Source: Asterias rubens (Eukaryota). From it: 64,000 nt of DNA. Position numbers and translations under genes: made by a program. The stretch lies in the NCBI RefSeq assembly GCF_902459465.1, contig NC_047078.1:1488001-1552000 (forward strand), written 5' to 3'. Each line of letters begins with the position of its first letter. Position 1 is the stretch's first letter. This document shows, piece after piece, positions 11,986-26,154 of this stretch. Under the pieces are notes generated by a model. That model worked only from the letters and a program-made list of their open reading frames with translations, had not been told where the DNA came from and did not search any database.

Positions 11986-14900
11986 TAAAATAGTCGTTCT
12001 TGAACGCATGCGCATAAATGGACTACACATAGCAACCGCATTTATCAATTTTCCCGCCATTCATCCGTAACCTAGCAATATAATTACCACTTGCTCTTCA
12101 TGGCACTATTTACCCGCATCAATGACAGTACAATTCAGATAGCATATCCCGCTTAGCATCCCTGTCGCTATAAATCGAAGGACGTTTTCCTTTTAGCACA
12201 ACTTTTTTTGTCAATCTGACCTGTAAATTAAGATCTTAATTTCATTTGAAAACTAGATGTTAACATTGTGTAATTCAGTTCTTTACAACTGCCATAAACC
12301 AATCGTTGAGTTTGCATGACTCATCAGCAGTTAGCATTAATACATTAACTTAAAAAAAAAAATAAGACATTAATTTTAAACTGGCTGTTTTATAGACTCA
12401 AATGATTGTATAGGCTTCCAATGATATTGTGTATTACGTGTTAAAAACTGACATTCATGTTTGATGTTTTTAATAAACCATTGTTGATTTGAATTTAATT
12501 TAATTGAGTTGACTATTGGTAATACGTCATTTACATCACGCATGACTTAAAGTAGTTAGCATTTTGTAATTGGCTTACGATTCAGCCACCCCCTTCCCCA
12601 TATCCCTGTTTTGATGAGAGAAAAGCAGTCCATCTCAGCAGACTAATAATTGGCAATTAACATTAAGACCTGTTTATTTTTTATTCAATATGTTTGTTGC
12701 TTATTGTACAAATTAATTAGTGAAGTAATCACATTATTATGCAGTGCCGATAATCCCTGCCGGCTGCTAGGTGTTTTTTAAATGGAATATTAGTTTACTG
12801 TTTGTTATGTTGCCACGGGCAACGAGCATCCTATGTTACCCTCTCTTCGAAAAAAAGCCTAGTTATTCCATTTACGCAGCATGGCTCATTTCTCTCTACA
12901 GCCCGACACGCCATTAATCACTTCTCACTTACGTTGTCTGCCCTATACGTATTTACAACGCTGGAAAATGATTCCATCTTCCAATTGGACTCTCCGGCAG
13001 TTAAAGGTGCTGGGCACGTTTGGTAATTGCCAAAGAACAGTATTTTTACTTGGTTTATTCCAATATATGCATATATAATAACAAACCTAATATTTTGAAC
13101 CAAAATTGGTCATCGAAGTTACAAGGGGAAAAATTAAAGAAAAACCGCCTTTTTTACAAAGATGTTCGTGCATAATAACATGCTTAAAAGACATATGTTA
13201 GTTTGGTAATTGTCAAAGACCAGTCTTCTCACTTAGCTTATATCAAATTGTGAGAATTTGGACTCAATTGGTCATCAAAGTTGCAAGAGAAAAATGTTGA
13301 ACAAAAAACACCCCTTGTTCCAAAAATTTGGGTGCTTTCAAATGCATTTAAAGGCTTCAGGCCTGAATTCGTCTTTTAATAATTTTAAGTGAGAAATTAC
13401 CTCTTCCTTAAAAAACACGTTACTTCAGAGGGAGCAGTTTCCATTTCTTGATACCATTTTGAGTAATTACCAATATAGTGTCCAGTGCCTTTATTATTCA
13501 CTCCCGGTTCTCGACACAACAAAATGGCGAGCGTCAATTACGTGGGGGAAATTAAGCGTCCACGTGGACCCCGTTAGTACAATGGCAAGGGGAAACAATC
13601 AACGTGAAAGATCAGCATTGATAGATGTGGCTGCGTATCGTCTGCTGTGAATTCCCATCCATTCAGAATTCCAGATTGCATTCAATTCGAGCAATAAGGG
13701 AGCGTCTTCTTTAGAAAGGAATTGTTGATGTGGACTTGGGGGGGGGGGGTGGGGGGCAGAGAATGCTCGGTGGATTGCGGTAAAACCATGGAGGTAGACA
13801 TAGTGGAACGAGTATAGTAACGTGGGGGGGGGGGGTAGGTCTACTAAATTATCTTTCTGGAAAAAGGGAAGACGTGTGTTAAACGATAACTCGTGTTTGT
13901 AAAGGGGTGTACTTAGAGTTATAGGGACATTTATTATTTTTCTCTGAAACCAGAAAGATCTGTGCTCAATATTGACTCTGTAAAAAGAGGGTTATCCTTA
14001 TTTTATAGAACGTGCAATTTTGTTTCTGTAAGTAGGAAGATCTGTGTTAACACTGAATCGTGACATATTGTTTACGTAAACTGCTCATAGTATACGTCAT
14101 ACACTGCCGGGAGTAGATGTAGCCTATAATTATGCGGGTTGTGCAGATGTTCAAGTTAATTTTTGATATGAAATGTTAAACGAAAGGAAATAATGTTATC
14201 TCCATGTTTGTTGGAAAGTAGTGTGCTGATTTGTGTAGAAGTTGTGATTTAAAGTTTCTGCATGGTTTTCTATATGAAAGTATCGCTCCGTTTTGTGACA
14301 CCCGTTGGGTGAACGACATCAAGATTTCAAAACTGGAAACATTATTTTACTAAATTAAAGGGGCCCTGGTATTTGTTGTTTTGGTGGTTGAGCCAGCGTG
14401 TGAGTTAATTTATTATTGTATAGCTAAAGTGCGGCCTGTATGTGTCGTGACTCAGAGTTGGTCCAGTCTGCTCGAAGATCTGAAGTGTGTGTCTCATTTT
14501 TGATGAATGCATAATAGTTTGTAAGTAAATGAGTTACGAAAACCACAATGGGAAAGAGCGACAGCGAACTTTGTTACAGCATAATTTTGTCATACAGCAT
14601 AATTTGTGAGAAAACAGAATTAGCTGTTGCAAACAACTTACCAACCAAAAGGACCGACAAAATGCAAAGATGGCCTGACGCTTCGACCCTAGCAGAGTCT
14701 TTCTCGAATGATAACACAATTAAAAACAAACATAAACAGGTAACTATGTTTGTCGTATACAGCAAACATTGTCATACATTCGCAATTTCAGTCAATCTGA
14801 AATAAAACAACATGATATGGGCAAAGTTCCATGACCAACAACAAAAACATCACATAAGAACCATTCCAATTAGCATAGGAACCACCCTAATCCCTAACCG

Positions 14901-17900
14901 TCAACAACAAACACAAGAACGACAACAAAAATTATCATCATCAACAACAATACCACAGAAACTGACGCAGCAATTAGCAACAACGATTAACAACAAAAAT
15001 ACTACCACGGCAACAAGAACAGAACTTTGACGCAACAGCATCAACACGAATAAGCGAGATATATAATGTTCAAGTACATTCGCCCTTGTAATGGCAATTT
15101 ACCTAATGGAGGCCGGCATTTTCACTGGCAGTAATTGAGTTGATTAAGGTTAGAACCATCATGGATCGATGCCTTTGAAAATTATCTTTGGATTTTTTTA
15201 GATTTAAATATTAATAGAAATGATGAATGACCACTGCGAGTAATTCTCGAGGGAAAACATTATTTAATACTGACTAACATTAATTATTTATAGCAGTACA
15301 AATTCACCAACAAAAGTATCTTACTCTAAAAATAATACTCTCAGAGTAAAGGGGAAACGTTACCTGACATGACTTGAAATCATTGCGTATTTTAATTGCC
15401 GCAATCAAAATAAGAACATGGGGCAAATGGTTCTCAAATCTACGGTAAACCGTTTTTGCTGTGCACGGAAACGGTATCCCAAAGTTTCATGACTGGCACT
15501 TGCTGCATTAGGCGAGGATCAAACATGAGTTAAAGGCAGTGGACACTATTGGTAATTACTCAAAATAACTGTATGCATAAAACCTTACTTGGTAACTATG
15601 TAAGGGGCAGCTGCTGATTGATAGTATAAACCATTGTGAGAAACGGATCCCTCTGAAGCTACGTACTTTTCAAGGAAGTTCACGTATTTGATTTCGAGAC
15701 CTTAGAATTTGAGGTCTCGAAAGCATTTGAAAGCACACAGCTTCGTGTGACCAGGGTGTTTTTTCTTTCATTATAATCTCGCAACTTCGACGACCAATAT
15801 TGAGCTCAAATTTTCACAGGTTTGTTATTTTTATGCATATGTTGAGATACACCAATTGAGAAGACTGGTCTTTGACAATTACCAATAGTGCCCAGTGATT
15901 TAAAATGTTTAGACAATAATTAGAACACACTTGTACTTACTCAATGTTTACGCTGAATCCTTTCATGTACTCCAACAATCGGTTAAAAAATCACTTTGTA
16001 CAGAACAAACTTGTAGGCCTAAGACTAGTGTCCACTACATCGACGAGTCTCTTGAATTGTAAACTTAGCGTCACATGTTTACTTCCCAACCCGTACGGAC
16101 CATACGTAAAGTCAAGACGTCAAGGCAGTATTCTGAACGTCATTGAGAAAAAGTACAGTTTATATCAACTACAACGTCCCAACGGTATTCCAAATCTCAT
16201 ATTCCACACTGAGTCTACAACTATAGCAAGAGAATGACACTGAGGAAAGGATGGCAATAACATCCAACTGTAGAGAGTTTACTATAAATGAAACATCATC
16301 AGCGGCGTGTCAAACCATAGAAGAAACCAACATCCACACTAACTCGATATACAGCAGTTTTGGGGCGTTCGTCGCCGCACGAACAAAAAAGTCAATGGTC
16401 GATTTGTTTCCCTTTCTCTTCGAATCCTTGTTTAAAGAGTGACAATTCATTTTGTCTATTCCCTCAGAGGATGAGGCATCCAGCTTTCACCATCCCATGG
16501 TTATTATTAGATTCCGTGAGCAAATACACTGGAGAGGCTCCCACTCTCCTCAAGCCAAACTCCAATTTATTTTGTGTTTTTCCTTCCCGCGCAGATTGGC
16601 TTTGCCGCGCTAGACACGTACGCGCAACACGGACTTGTAAACACCACGCACGGTTTATTGGATTTCACTCGTACGTGCCCGGGCGGACCCTGCCGTCTGA
16701 TTGCTTCTGAGCGCGGCTGAGTCTACATGCAGTGACCGCTCAACTCTCGGCCTCTTCTTCGCACTACGGCTTTTTAAATGAATACGGGTGTTTTGCAGAC
16801 AGTCACGAACTTCTAAATAATGACGTGAACTGACAAGAAATTTATAACAAACTGCTGAATTGAATAATATCCCTTGACAAATTGATATAAAGGCACTCCA
16901 GACACTATTGGTAATTACTCAAAATAATTGTTAGCATAAAAAATGACTTGGTATTAACGAGCTATGGAGAACTGTTGGTAATAAAAAAAAAAACATTGTG
17001 AGAAACGGCTCCCTCTGAAGTAACGTAGTTTTTAAGAAAGAGGTAATTTCTTACTCAAATAATGAAAGACTTCAACTGAAGCCTTTTATTATTCATCTGC
17101 TGAAAGCACACAAAGTAATGCAACAAGGGTGTTTGTGCTTTCATTATTATCTCGCAACTTCGATAACCAATTTTGAGTTCAAATTTTTACAGGCTTGTTA
17201 TGTAATGCATACGTTGGGATACACCAAGTGAAAATATTGGTCTTTGACGATTACCAAAGGTATCTAGTGCCTTTTAATGAATACGGGTGTTTTTTCAGAA
17301 TGTCACGAATCGACAAACAATAAATGACGTAAACTGACAAGGAATTTATAACAAACTGCTGTATGGAATAATATCCCAAGACAAATTGATTTAATACAGG
17401 CCAAAAAAGTACAACACAGTCAAGTAAACAAAACATTAAGCTAAATACAATCTTAAAATGGTTCAGATTTTTGACTTCCTCATTAAATCTTAAACGTGTA
17501 TTATGACTTCCTCATTAAATCTTAAACGTGTATTGTTTCGGATTAAGTTAAATAAAAAATACCCCATGCAGCTAAAACCATGAAGGAAACCTCCACGCTG
17601 AAACAGTAAAACCCAAGTTATGCATAATTATTAATATCCAATGTGGGGTATGTTTCGTTTATTCTCGGCACATTAAAAGTGACAATATAGGTCACTAGGG
17701 TAGATCCATTTGAAGGATTTGTAACACAAAACACAATGTCCACAGATTTACATTAAACTTACACCGTTTGAAGATAATGATAGTAGAAAGCGTACATTAA
17801 AATAGTACATGCTGAGGTGCTGTAGTTTTTGAGAAACGGGTAAGACAATGTCATGAAAAAAAAACTATTAAAATAATTATCGTCTCATGATCAGTGAGAC

Positions 17901-20067
17901 GCAAATTATTTTCATGACATTGTTTTACTCATTTCTCAAAAACTACAGCACCTCAGCAAGTAATATTTTCAGGGAAGCTTTCTACTATCATTATCTTCAA
18001 ACTGTGTAAGTTTAGTGGACATCTGTGGACAATGTTTTTTTTTTTTGCCCTACACAAAGTACATAATACCCTTTTTAAAGGAATCTGTGAGATGGCCACA
18101 CAACCTCGGAAAGCACACATCCTTTTCAATTAGTGAATGTTTTTACATTGAATGGCTTTAAAGGCAGTGGAAACTATTGGAAATTACTCAAACAAATGAT
18201 TAGCATAAAACCTTACTTGGTGACGAGTTCTGGGGAGAGGTTGATGGTTTAAAACATTGTGAAAAACGGCTCCCTCTGAAGTGCCATAGTTTTCGAGAAA
18301 GAAGTAATTTTCCACGAATTTGATTCCGCATCCAAACGCACACAACTTCGTGTGACAAGGGTGTTTTTACTTTCATTATTATCTCGTAAGTTCGATGACC
18401 GATTGAGCTCAAATTTTCACAGGTTTGTTATTTTAAGCATATGTTCAGATACACCAAGTGAGAAGACTGGTCTTTGACAATTACCAATAGTGTCTAGTAA
18501 CTTTAAGTTTTTAATGAGAGGAACAGTTAATCTGCCTGGGGCAGTCAGCAGAACTACTGGTTAGTTCTTGATCCAAAGTCCACTGTTTGGAAAAGGAAAT
18601 ACATGGAGGTAACAGGTGTAAGTTGCTAGACGGAAAGGATGTTTTTAAAGTGACTTTCTTTAATGGAGCACCCGTAATGTGTTGGCACATCTCGAGGATA
18701 GTTTAAGACTGTTTAAATCTGGTCAACCAAAAAGGCAAATAATATGACAACTGACAAAACATTTATCACAACCAAACAAAATTAGGAATTAATCAAGTTA
18801 AATGTGTATGGGAATACAAATGATTGTGTTTCTGATAATATCCGTCTCACACAAAGCTGTACTGTAGTAAGATTGTTTAAAGAAAATCGTTTACAAACAT
18901 TTTATAGGAAAAAAACAAATCTAACCAAAAATCAACCACTGTGGGAATAAATACCGCCCTCTATTGACCCATACAGCGAGAGCCCAACCTTAATAGTTAT
19001 CTAATATTTTTGAAGGGAAACAGAGAAGACACAGACAATTTCTAGAAGGTTTTAAGTTGCTTAAAAATGTGCTGTAAATTTTACGCTTTAATCAATGGAC
19101 GAACTCCACTCTAGAGTATTATGTGTTGTGGTTTTAACATTTTTGTAGCACACCTTAAAGGTAAATAGTGGCCGACATAAACACCAGAATATCTTTAAAC
19201 ATTTGAAATAAATGACACAATGAACAACTTGAATTCTTTTTAAACAACAAAACAAATTTCCTCGGTGTATGAATGTTCTTATATGGTATACATGTACAAC
19301 TTTTTGTGCAATCCCCTCTAACAAATATGACCTGAGCCAAATTTCACAAAGCTGTTCAGCTCAAACTTCTGCTTAGCACAGAAAAGTAATGCTTAGCAGC
19401 AATGGGTTACCAGCGAAAGTACAGTGTAAATTAGATTACGCATGGCCGGTTCCCTGATAATTTTTGCTTAGCACAAAAATTTGTCCAGCAAAAGTTACAC
19501 ACAACACAAATTAAAAACATTTCTGAAGCATAAGGTGCTATAATCTAAAAGCAGACAAGTAAAAAAAGTGTAAGTCTTTTAGCAAGTGTATATCTTGGTC
19601 AAAGGTAAGAATAATATTCCTGTAGTCAAACTTGTTTTATGTGACCAGTAACATTGGATTTTTATTTACAGGGCATCACTAGGAACTAGGGGGTTAAGAT
19701 TTAAAAAAAACAGTGCTGGAGTTTTCTGCAACAACACTCATCTTTTCATCTTCTTTTCTTCGTCATAATGCCTTTCTTCTCGAGGTGATAAACAGGCCTG
19801 GAATTTCATGTTTGAGAAGGCAAAGCCATTTTTATTTTGCAAGAGCACTTTCTTACGGAAATCTTACACAGAGCACTTTTATTGGGAAATCTTAAATTGC
19901 TGTTGGAAACATCTGAAGGGGCACCAAGGCCACGACAGAGGCCGGGGCCATCTTGTAATTCCAGAACTGGATTAACCGCTATATGTATACCAGTTGAAAT
20001 GTTTTTTGTACAAACTTCTGTTATTTTCTGATGGGCTGATGAACAGCAGTGATGAAGTTCTCTATCC

Positions 20068-23000
20068 TTAAAACCGACCGGAGCGCTCCCGTTCCCCAGA
20101 CCTGCCTCGTCGACGGGAGCGGTCTCGGCTCCGGGAGCGCGACCTCTTCCTCTCTCTGCTTGGAGAGCGCGAGCGGGATCGTCTCTTCTTCCGGAGCCCG
20201 TACAGCTTTCGCCGAAGCTGACGAGAGATCGGCTTCAGATGCATGAAGTTACAGAAACCACCTCGGGTGCATTCCCTACAACAACAAAAAACAGTATCAG
20301 ACATCTATTTCATCATTCAATAATGACGTTGATATGTGATGGATTAAGAAAAGCAAAGCCAGCGTAAGGAGAGATGAAGTTAACTTTAAGCATATTAGCA
20401 AGCATTATTAGGCCAAGTCTTGGCAAAAGCTGGAACAGGACTGTAAAAAAATTACCTAAAAAGGATTGATTTATAACACGACTCTCTGGAAAGCCAATGC
20501 AGCAAGGCACTCCTCCACTGCTTACCAGTACTCCGCTTCCCTCTTACTCATAATCTGGCATAGAATAATCCTGCTGTCTACGCACATACTGTGGGACCAA
20601 ACGTCTTCCACAAACTACAAGTAGTTTGTCAAGATTTATATGATTAAGAAATGCGCCTAAATGAGATTTGTAAATACAATTTTGGAAAGAGCAATAATTG
20701 TAAATTTAACCTTGAGTGTGTCCGCGTGCATCAATTATTGTTGTGACATTTATTTAGTCTTGCGGTCATGGCCACCTTATAAGAGTTAGGCGGACACCTT
20801 TTCAGCCAGCATTGGATGGACAATTGGTTTCTTCCGTTTGTACAGCTGGTACTCTAACAAAAAACCCTGGTTTGTGCACTGTGCATTTGCTTTTCAAAGT
20901 CTCCCGTGGAATTTTGTGGAAAGAGCCAGTTGAATGGGAGAGTGCACCGGGAGCAAAAAAGGTTTTTACAGTTTGTAGATCGATATCTGCTTTTTATTGT
21001 CCATACAATATGCTCTTGTTCACCTCCCCACCCTGAAGGGCCTTTTGGGCAACCCTCACAAAAGAGCAAAATGCCTATAAAAGGAATTGACTCCATGACA
21101 ACCTATAGAGCCAGGTCAAAGGTTAAATACACTGGACACTACCGGTACTCAAAATAATTGTTAGCATAAAAAAATTTACTTGGCAACAAGAAATGGAAAG
21201 CTGTTATTGTATAAAACATTGTAAGAACAGCTCCCCCTGAAGTAACATAGTTTTCGAGAAAGAAGTAATTTTCTACTAAAATCTGTGAATTTGATTTTGA
21301 GACCTCAGAATTAGATTTTTAGGTCCCCAAATCAGGCATCTGAAATTACACAACTTTGTGTGACAAGGGTGTTTTTTCTTCCATTATTTCTCAACTTCGA
21401 CGACCAATGAGTTCAATTTTTCACAGGTTTGTTATTTTGTGCATGTTGAGATATACCAAGTGAGAAGACTGGTCTTTGACAATTACCAAAGGTGTCCAGT
21501 GTCTTTAAGAACATTTCATTTTTCCACTCACCCCATTTCATACTGGCGACAGCAGGCCTCTCTGAAGTCTGTCACCGGAGACAGCTCGGCTCTGATTGGC
21601 TGACCGTTGAACCATCGATTGTTCAAATTGGTGACTGCTGACTCCGCGTCCTCCTCACGGCGATACTACGAAAAAGTTGTTAAAGAAGCATTTCATGTAA
21701 ATAGGTATTAATTTTACCTCGGGAGTAAAGATGAAAAAGGTCAAGGGTTCGAATCCCACTCAAGTAATATGCAGGTTGGTCCTTGGAAAAAAGTAGGAAT
21801 GCTTTGGCGAGCACAGTGGCTGACACTTCAGGAAGGCAACGAAGGGGGTTCCTTCTTGTTATTTGCCTTGGTGCCCTGGTGATTCCTGGTGGTATAGAGT
21901 GCTGTTGTTGCTTTAGTGGGGTTTCTTCTATATTCAGTGTATTTGTTTCTCTCTTGTTCATATTAATAGTTCATACAAACTATACATTTCAGCATTATTA
22001 TACAAAATGGTGAATGCGTACATAAACGACATAGCTCTGAGCAGTTTGCCACCATAAACCATTCACAGTAATTCAATCAAATACAATGTTTTAAGTTAAA
22101 AGAGGACTTTATTTCATAACCAAACATCTTAAAATACCTTTACGTAGACATTGCCCACAAGATGGTCTCCCAAATTGTCGCAGACGTTCATTTCCTCAAT
22201 TTCTCCATATTTCTCCTCCAGTTCAGTGAAAACCTCCTCAAAGAAATCGTCGAAATGTTGCTGCATTTCTACATCCGATACGTTGGATACTGTCAAGAAA
22301 ACAAAACAAATGTTATTGTTTACAAAATTGTATTCGAAATTATGTTTCTTACTAAAACAACTGAATCTGAGAAGCCTTTCTAAAATGTGGTCAAAATGTG
22401 CACTGCATTTCTACATCCGATACATTGGAAACTGTCAAGAAAACAAAACAAAATGTCTGGTTAGCAAAATTTTGTTTGAATGTTTCTCGCTAACAAAATG
22501 GAATCAAAGATCCTTTCTAAGGCATCTGAAATCAGACAAATTTATGCAAAAAGGATTTTTTTCTCTTTCACTATTTTCTTACTTTTTTGATGACCAACTG
22601 AGCCCAAATTTGCAAAGAATTGTTCTTTTATGCTTATTTTGGGGTACACCATTACCATGCAGGCCTAATACTTCATGGAGGCGATTGCCTCCGTTGCCCC
22701 TTGTCATTGCCTTGGTGCCCTTGAAATGCTCCAGTAGAAATTTACAATTTCCTCATGTGGTGCCCTTTGCCAAAGAGAAACAGCCTTGGTGCCCTTGCCC
22801 TTTCACAAACAAGACATACAGCCCTGCCAAGTGAGAATACTGGTCTTGGAAATTTTACCAAATGTATCCAGTGCCTTGACGAAGTAAGCGGGATAACAAA
22901 TAACTTTAACAAAATAATAATAATTGAAGTTTCTTTCTTACTGTTTCCTCCATCTGCACTCTGCGCAGTATTCTGTGGATTCTGGTAAATGTTGGACAGA

Positions 23001-24496
23001 ACAATCGTCTGACTGAACGTTGGCTTGTTGTGAAGTCGAGAGCAACGGTCCCCATGGCGACATGCACCAATCTTGAAGTAGAAGGAACAGTTGACTCTGA
23101 AAAAACACACAAATAAAAAACCAATTGTTCAACCTGGTTGAAGATGCGTCAAAGTCTGCGACGTGGCGATTGAACGTTTGCACACCTTAGAGTTAGGCAA
23201 AAAAAACTAAAACAAAAACAGTTGATCGTCCCCGCCCGCATCCTTTTTGGGGGCCGCATCCTTTGTTATTTTTCAATTTTTTGTGAAGAAAAAAAACACC
23301 TCCATCTTTTCAAAAGGACTGGCGTAGGAGCTTTTTCCGAATCTAAAGTGATGCTCTCGAAAACGTGTAACCGTCTGTTTCATAAAACAATAATAGTGAA
23401 TGCCTACCAGCAAATCTTTTTAAAAATCCGACCCTGTTAATACTAACACAGTAATAGTGTTAACACAGGTCCTCATGTAGCCCTGGTAGGACGTCAGTTT
23501 TTGTTTTAGTTTTTTTTGCCTAACTCTAAGGTGTGCAAACGTTCGATCGCCACGTCGCAGACTTTGACGCATCTTCAACCAGGGTTTACAGAAGGTAGTG
23601 GTGAAATACTTCTCTTGACATATTATTCCATGAAATGCTTTAATGTTTGAGAAAACAGTAAAACCAATTGGCGTTTCGCCGTGTCATGACATGTGTTTAA
23701 AATAAATCCGTAATTCTCGTTAACGAGAATTGATATTGTTTTACTGTTTTCTCAAAAAGTAAAGCATTTCATTGATTAATATTTCAAGACAAGTATTTCA
23801 CCACTACCTTCTGTAAACCCTGTAAGTTATTTGTAAATCTGTGAACTTTTTTTTTTGCTGTACCGAAAGGGTCCAATGGCTTTAAAGCCATTGGACCCTT
23901 TCGGTAAACAGTATTGTCCAAGGCCCACACTTCGTGTATCACAACTTCTATATCAAATAACAAACCTGTGAAAAAGGCTCCAATGGCTTTAAATCAAAAT
24001 TTGAAAAATAATATATATTTAAAAAATAAAAAAAATTAAAAAACAATCACTATCATATTCATAGTATCAGCAAAAAGGGAAAAAAAATGGAAAAGTTTCC
24101 GTATGGCGCCACCACTTTTTCATTCGATATAAAATAATATAGGAACTTATTTACCTGATTCATATATCCCTTTTTGTAAAAATGAGTGAAAAAGTGGTGG
24201 CGCCATACGGAAAGTTATCCCGGGTGAAGAACTGGGCATGCTGACGACTCAGCGACTGGTCCCGCGACGACGCAGGCCAGCGCATGAGCGTGGACGCCGT
24301 GGTATTTTTTGTCAAAATTACATCAACCAATTGAAATAAGAAACAAAAACGAAAGGAGAAATTACCAAGCAAATTCTCCAATCGTATATCTGTGTAGGAC
24401 ACTCGTTAAAATACAAATAAGAACATCAACTGAGGAAAACACTCAAACTTACTTGTCTTTCTCTGTTCCAAAAATCGACGCTAAATACTCCGCCAT
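20068..24496 (-). CDS. U2AF1: U2 snRNP auxiliary factor 35 kDa subunit (U2AF35), 5 coding exons, 230 aa
   Basis: Exons 24496-24453, 23096-22942, 22289-22138, 21665-21532 and 20275-20068, all GT-AG, total 693 nt. Reads [40 protein letters not shown] (CCCH ZnF), UHM, second ZnF ([21 protein letters not shown]) and an RS tail. Confidence 0.97.
23134..23583. mobile_element. Foldback MITE with ~95-bp TIRs in U2AF1 intron 1
   Basis: ctggttgaagatgcgtcaaagtctgcgacgtggcg...aaacaaaaac is inverted at 23495-23583. Confidence 0.8.
23585..23995. mobile_element. Kolobok-like MITE pieces, family C (ttaa|agccattggaccc)
   Basis: Palindromic junction ccaatggctttaaagccattgg. A more complete copy lies at 45910-46269. 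Confidence 0.65.
24095..24215. mobile_element. ~120-bp hairpin MITE (TIR tttccgtatggcgccaccac)
   Basis: Perfect TIRs. A second copy in the opposite orientation lies at 25495-25615. Confidence 0.8.
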
Positions 24497-24609
24497 GTTG
24501 CTTTTTTGTTAGTGAACTCACGACGAACTCTCTCGCGTTGGATTATCGTTTTTGTGAGAAAACGTTTCTCGCCCCAAAACCTTTTCGCCCCACTTCGATT
24601 AACGCGTCG
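24497..24609. promoter_or_regulatory. Bidirectional promoter shared by U2AF1 and PSENEN
   Basis: U2AF1 ATG at 24496 (minus). A plausible plus-strand donor cg|GTAAAA at 24610 would end the PSENEN non-coding exon 1, whose acceptor partner is at 26103. The region is CpG-rich with a TCTCGCG motif at about 24532. Confidence 0.65.
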
Positions 24610-26154
24610 GTAAAATTTCTAAATAAATTACAGCATATATTTTTCAACATCAATTAAAATTTAAGACAAAACTAAGTAATAGCTTTTAATTATGAGCTGA
24701 AAACAGCATTCTTTTAAAACAGTATGATTGTGTAACTTTTGAAGGATTTGATAAATAAAAAAGTTGTATGAAACTTGCGATGGGGGCGTAAAGCTCTAAC
24801 GCCGTGTGGGGCGAATTGACAGTGTTATCCTCGTTCATTATGCTGTCAAATTAGTTTTATATTGTGACGTAAATTAAATCAAACTTTAACTTATTATTAA
24901 AGAAAATAAGTATTGTAGGTCTAACTTGGTTTTTAGAAAAAAATTTATTTTAAACTACTAAATTTGTAGTTAAATTATTTTAGTAGATCACAAAGTTGTG
25001 TTGTCAAAATTTATTTCCAGTTCCGGTTTCTGAGGCAGTGTCGGCTTTATTTGTTTCTAGTTCTTTCCTTATTATTGTGATGACAATGAGACTGTTTTTA
25101 AGTGTAGTTTTGTGAATAAGCTCTACGAATTATACTCTGGGATAGCTAGAAAACCGCAAATAAACACAACAAGTTTCCTCAGTCTTTGTTTTGGTGAGTT
25201 TTTACAACTATTCACTTCAATTTCAACATGTACAATCTTTACTCAAATCAATGAACACTGATTATTTATTGATGATTCAGTAGGGCCTACAGTGTGTGTG
25301 TAAAAAACTTACCCCCCCCCCCCCCCCCCCCGCAAAAAAAAAGAAAAAAAAAGAAGAGAATCCGGACAAAAATAAGAAATAAAATCCACGACCACCACCT
25401 TTTCACCTATTTCCACAAAAAGAAAAAGGAATAATAAATATCATTTTTGTTTGGTAAATAATTAGGTACTTTTATGTTTTATTGTTCGGATAACTTTCCG
25501 TATGGCGCCACCACCTTTCCACTTATTTTTACAAAAAGGGATATCTCATTGAGGTAAATTAGATACTATACTATTTCATATCGAATGAAAAAGTGGTGGC
25601 GCCATACGGAAACCTTTCCTATTGTTCAAAGTTTAAGTTTTTATAACTGTAGCAGGGCATAATATTAATAATGGGTGAAAAAGTGGTGGCAGGATATGGA
25701 AACCTTCGACATTAAATGGAGTCCAGTGACTAGACTGGATACTGTGTCTGTGATAGCCCAGGTTGGACTCCTCCGTTGCATGATAGTTGATAAATGTACT
25801 GAGACTGACATGGTCTGTTATACATAAAAGACAATTGACGAGACATTTATTTAAGTGAAGAAGCAACTACAAAAAGGGGGTTAGTATTAGTAAATCAGTA
25901 CGCTTAAATATAGCGAGAATTATTAATATTAGTTGTACTAAAAAAAAATTGTGTTGTACTAGGAAAAATTATGATTTGTAATACATAACCAATTTCTCAA
26001 CTCATTATATTAAACGGATTCATTATAATGACTTATTAAATGAAATCACACGATGAATGATGTAATTTGGTAATTTTGATTTTGTTTCCCCATATCCCAT
26101 CAGGTCCTCGAGACTGTGTTTCGTGGTTTCATCTTCATCTACAACAAGTCAGCA

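Noticed and set aside
22151-22834. 227-aa plus-strand ORF
   Set aside because: Antisense to a U2AF1 exon and intron, with no recognisable domain.
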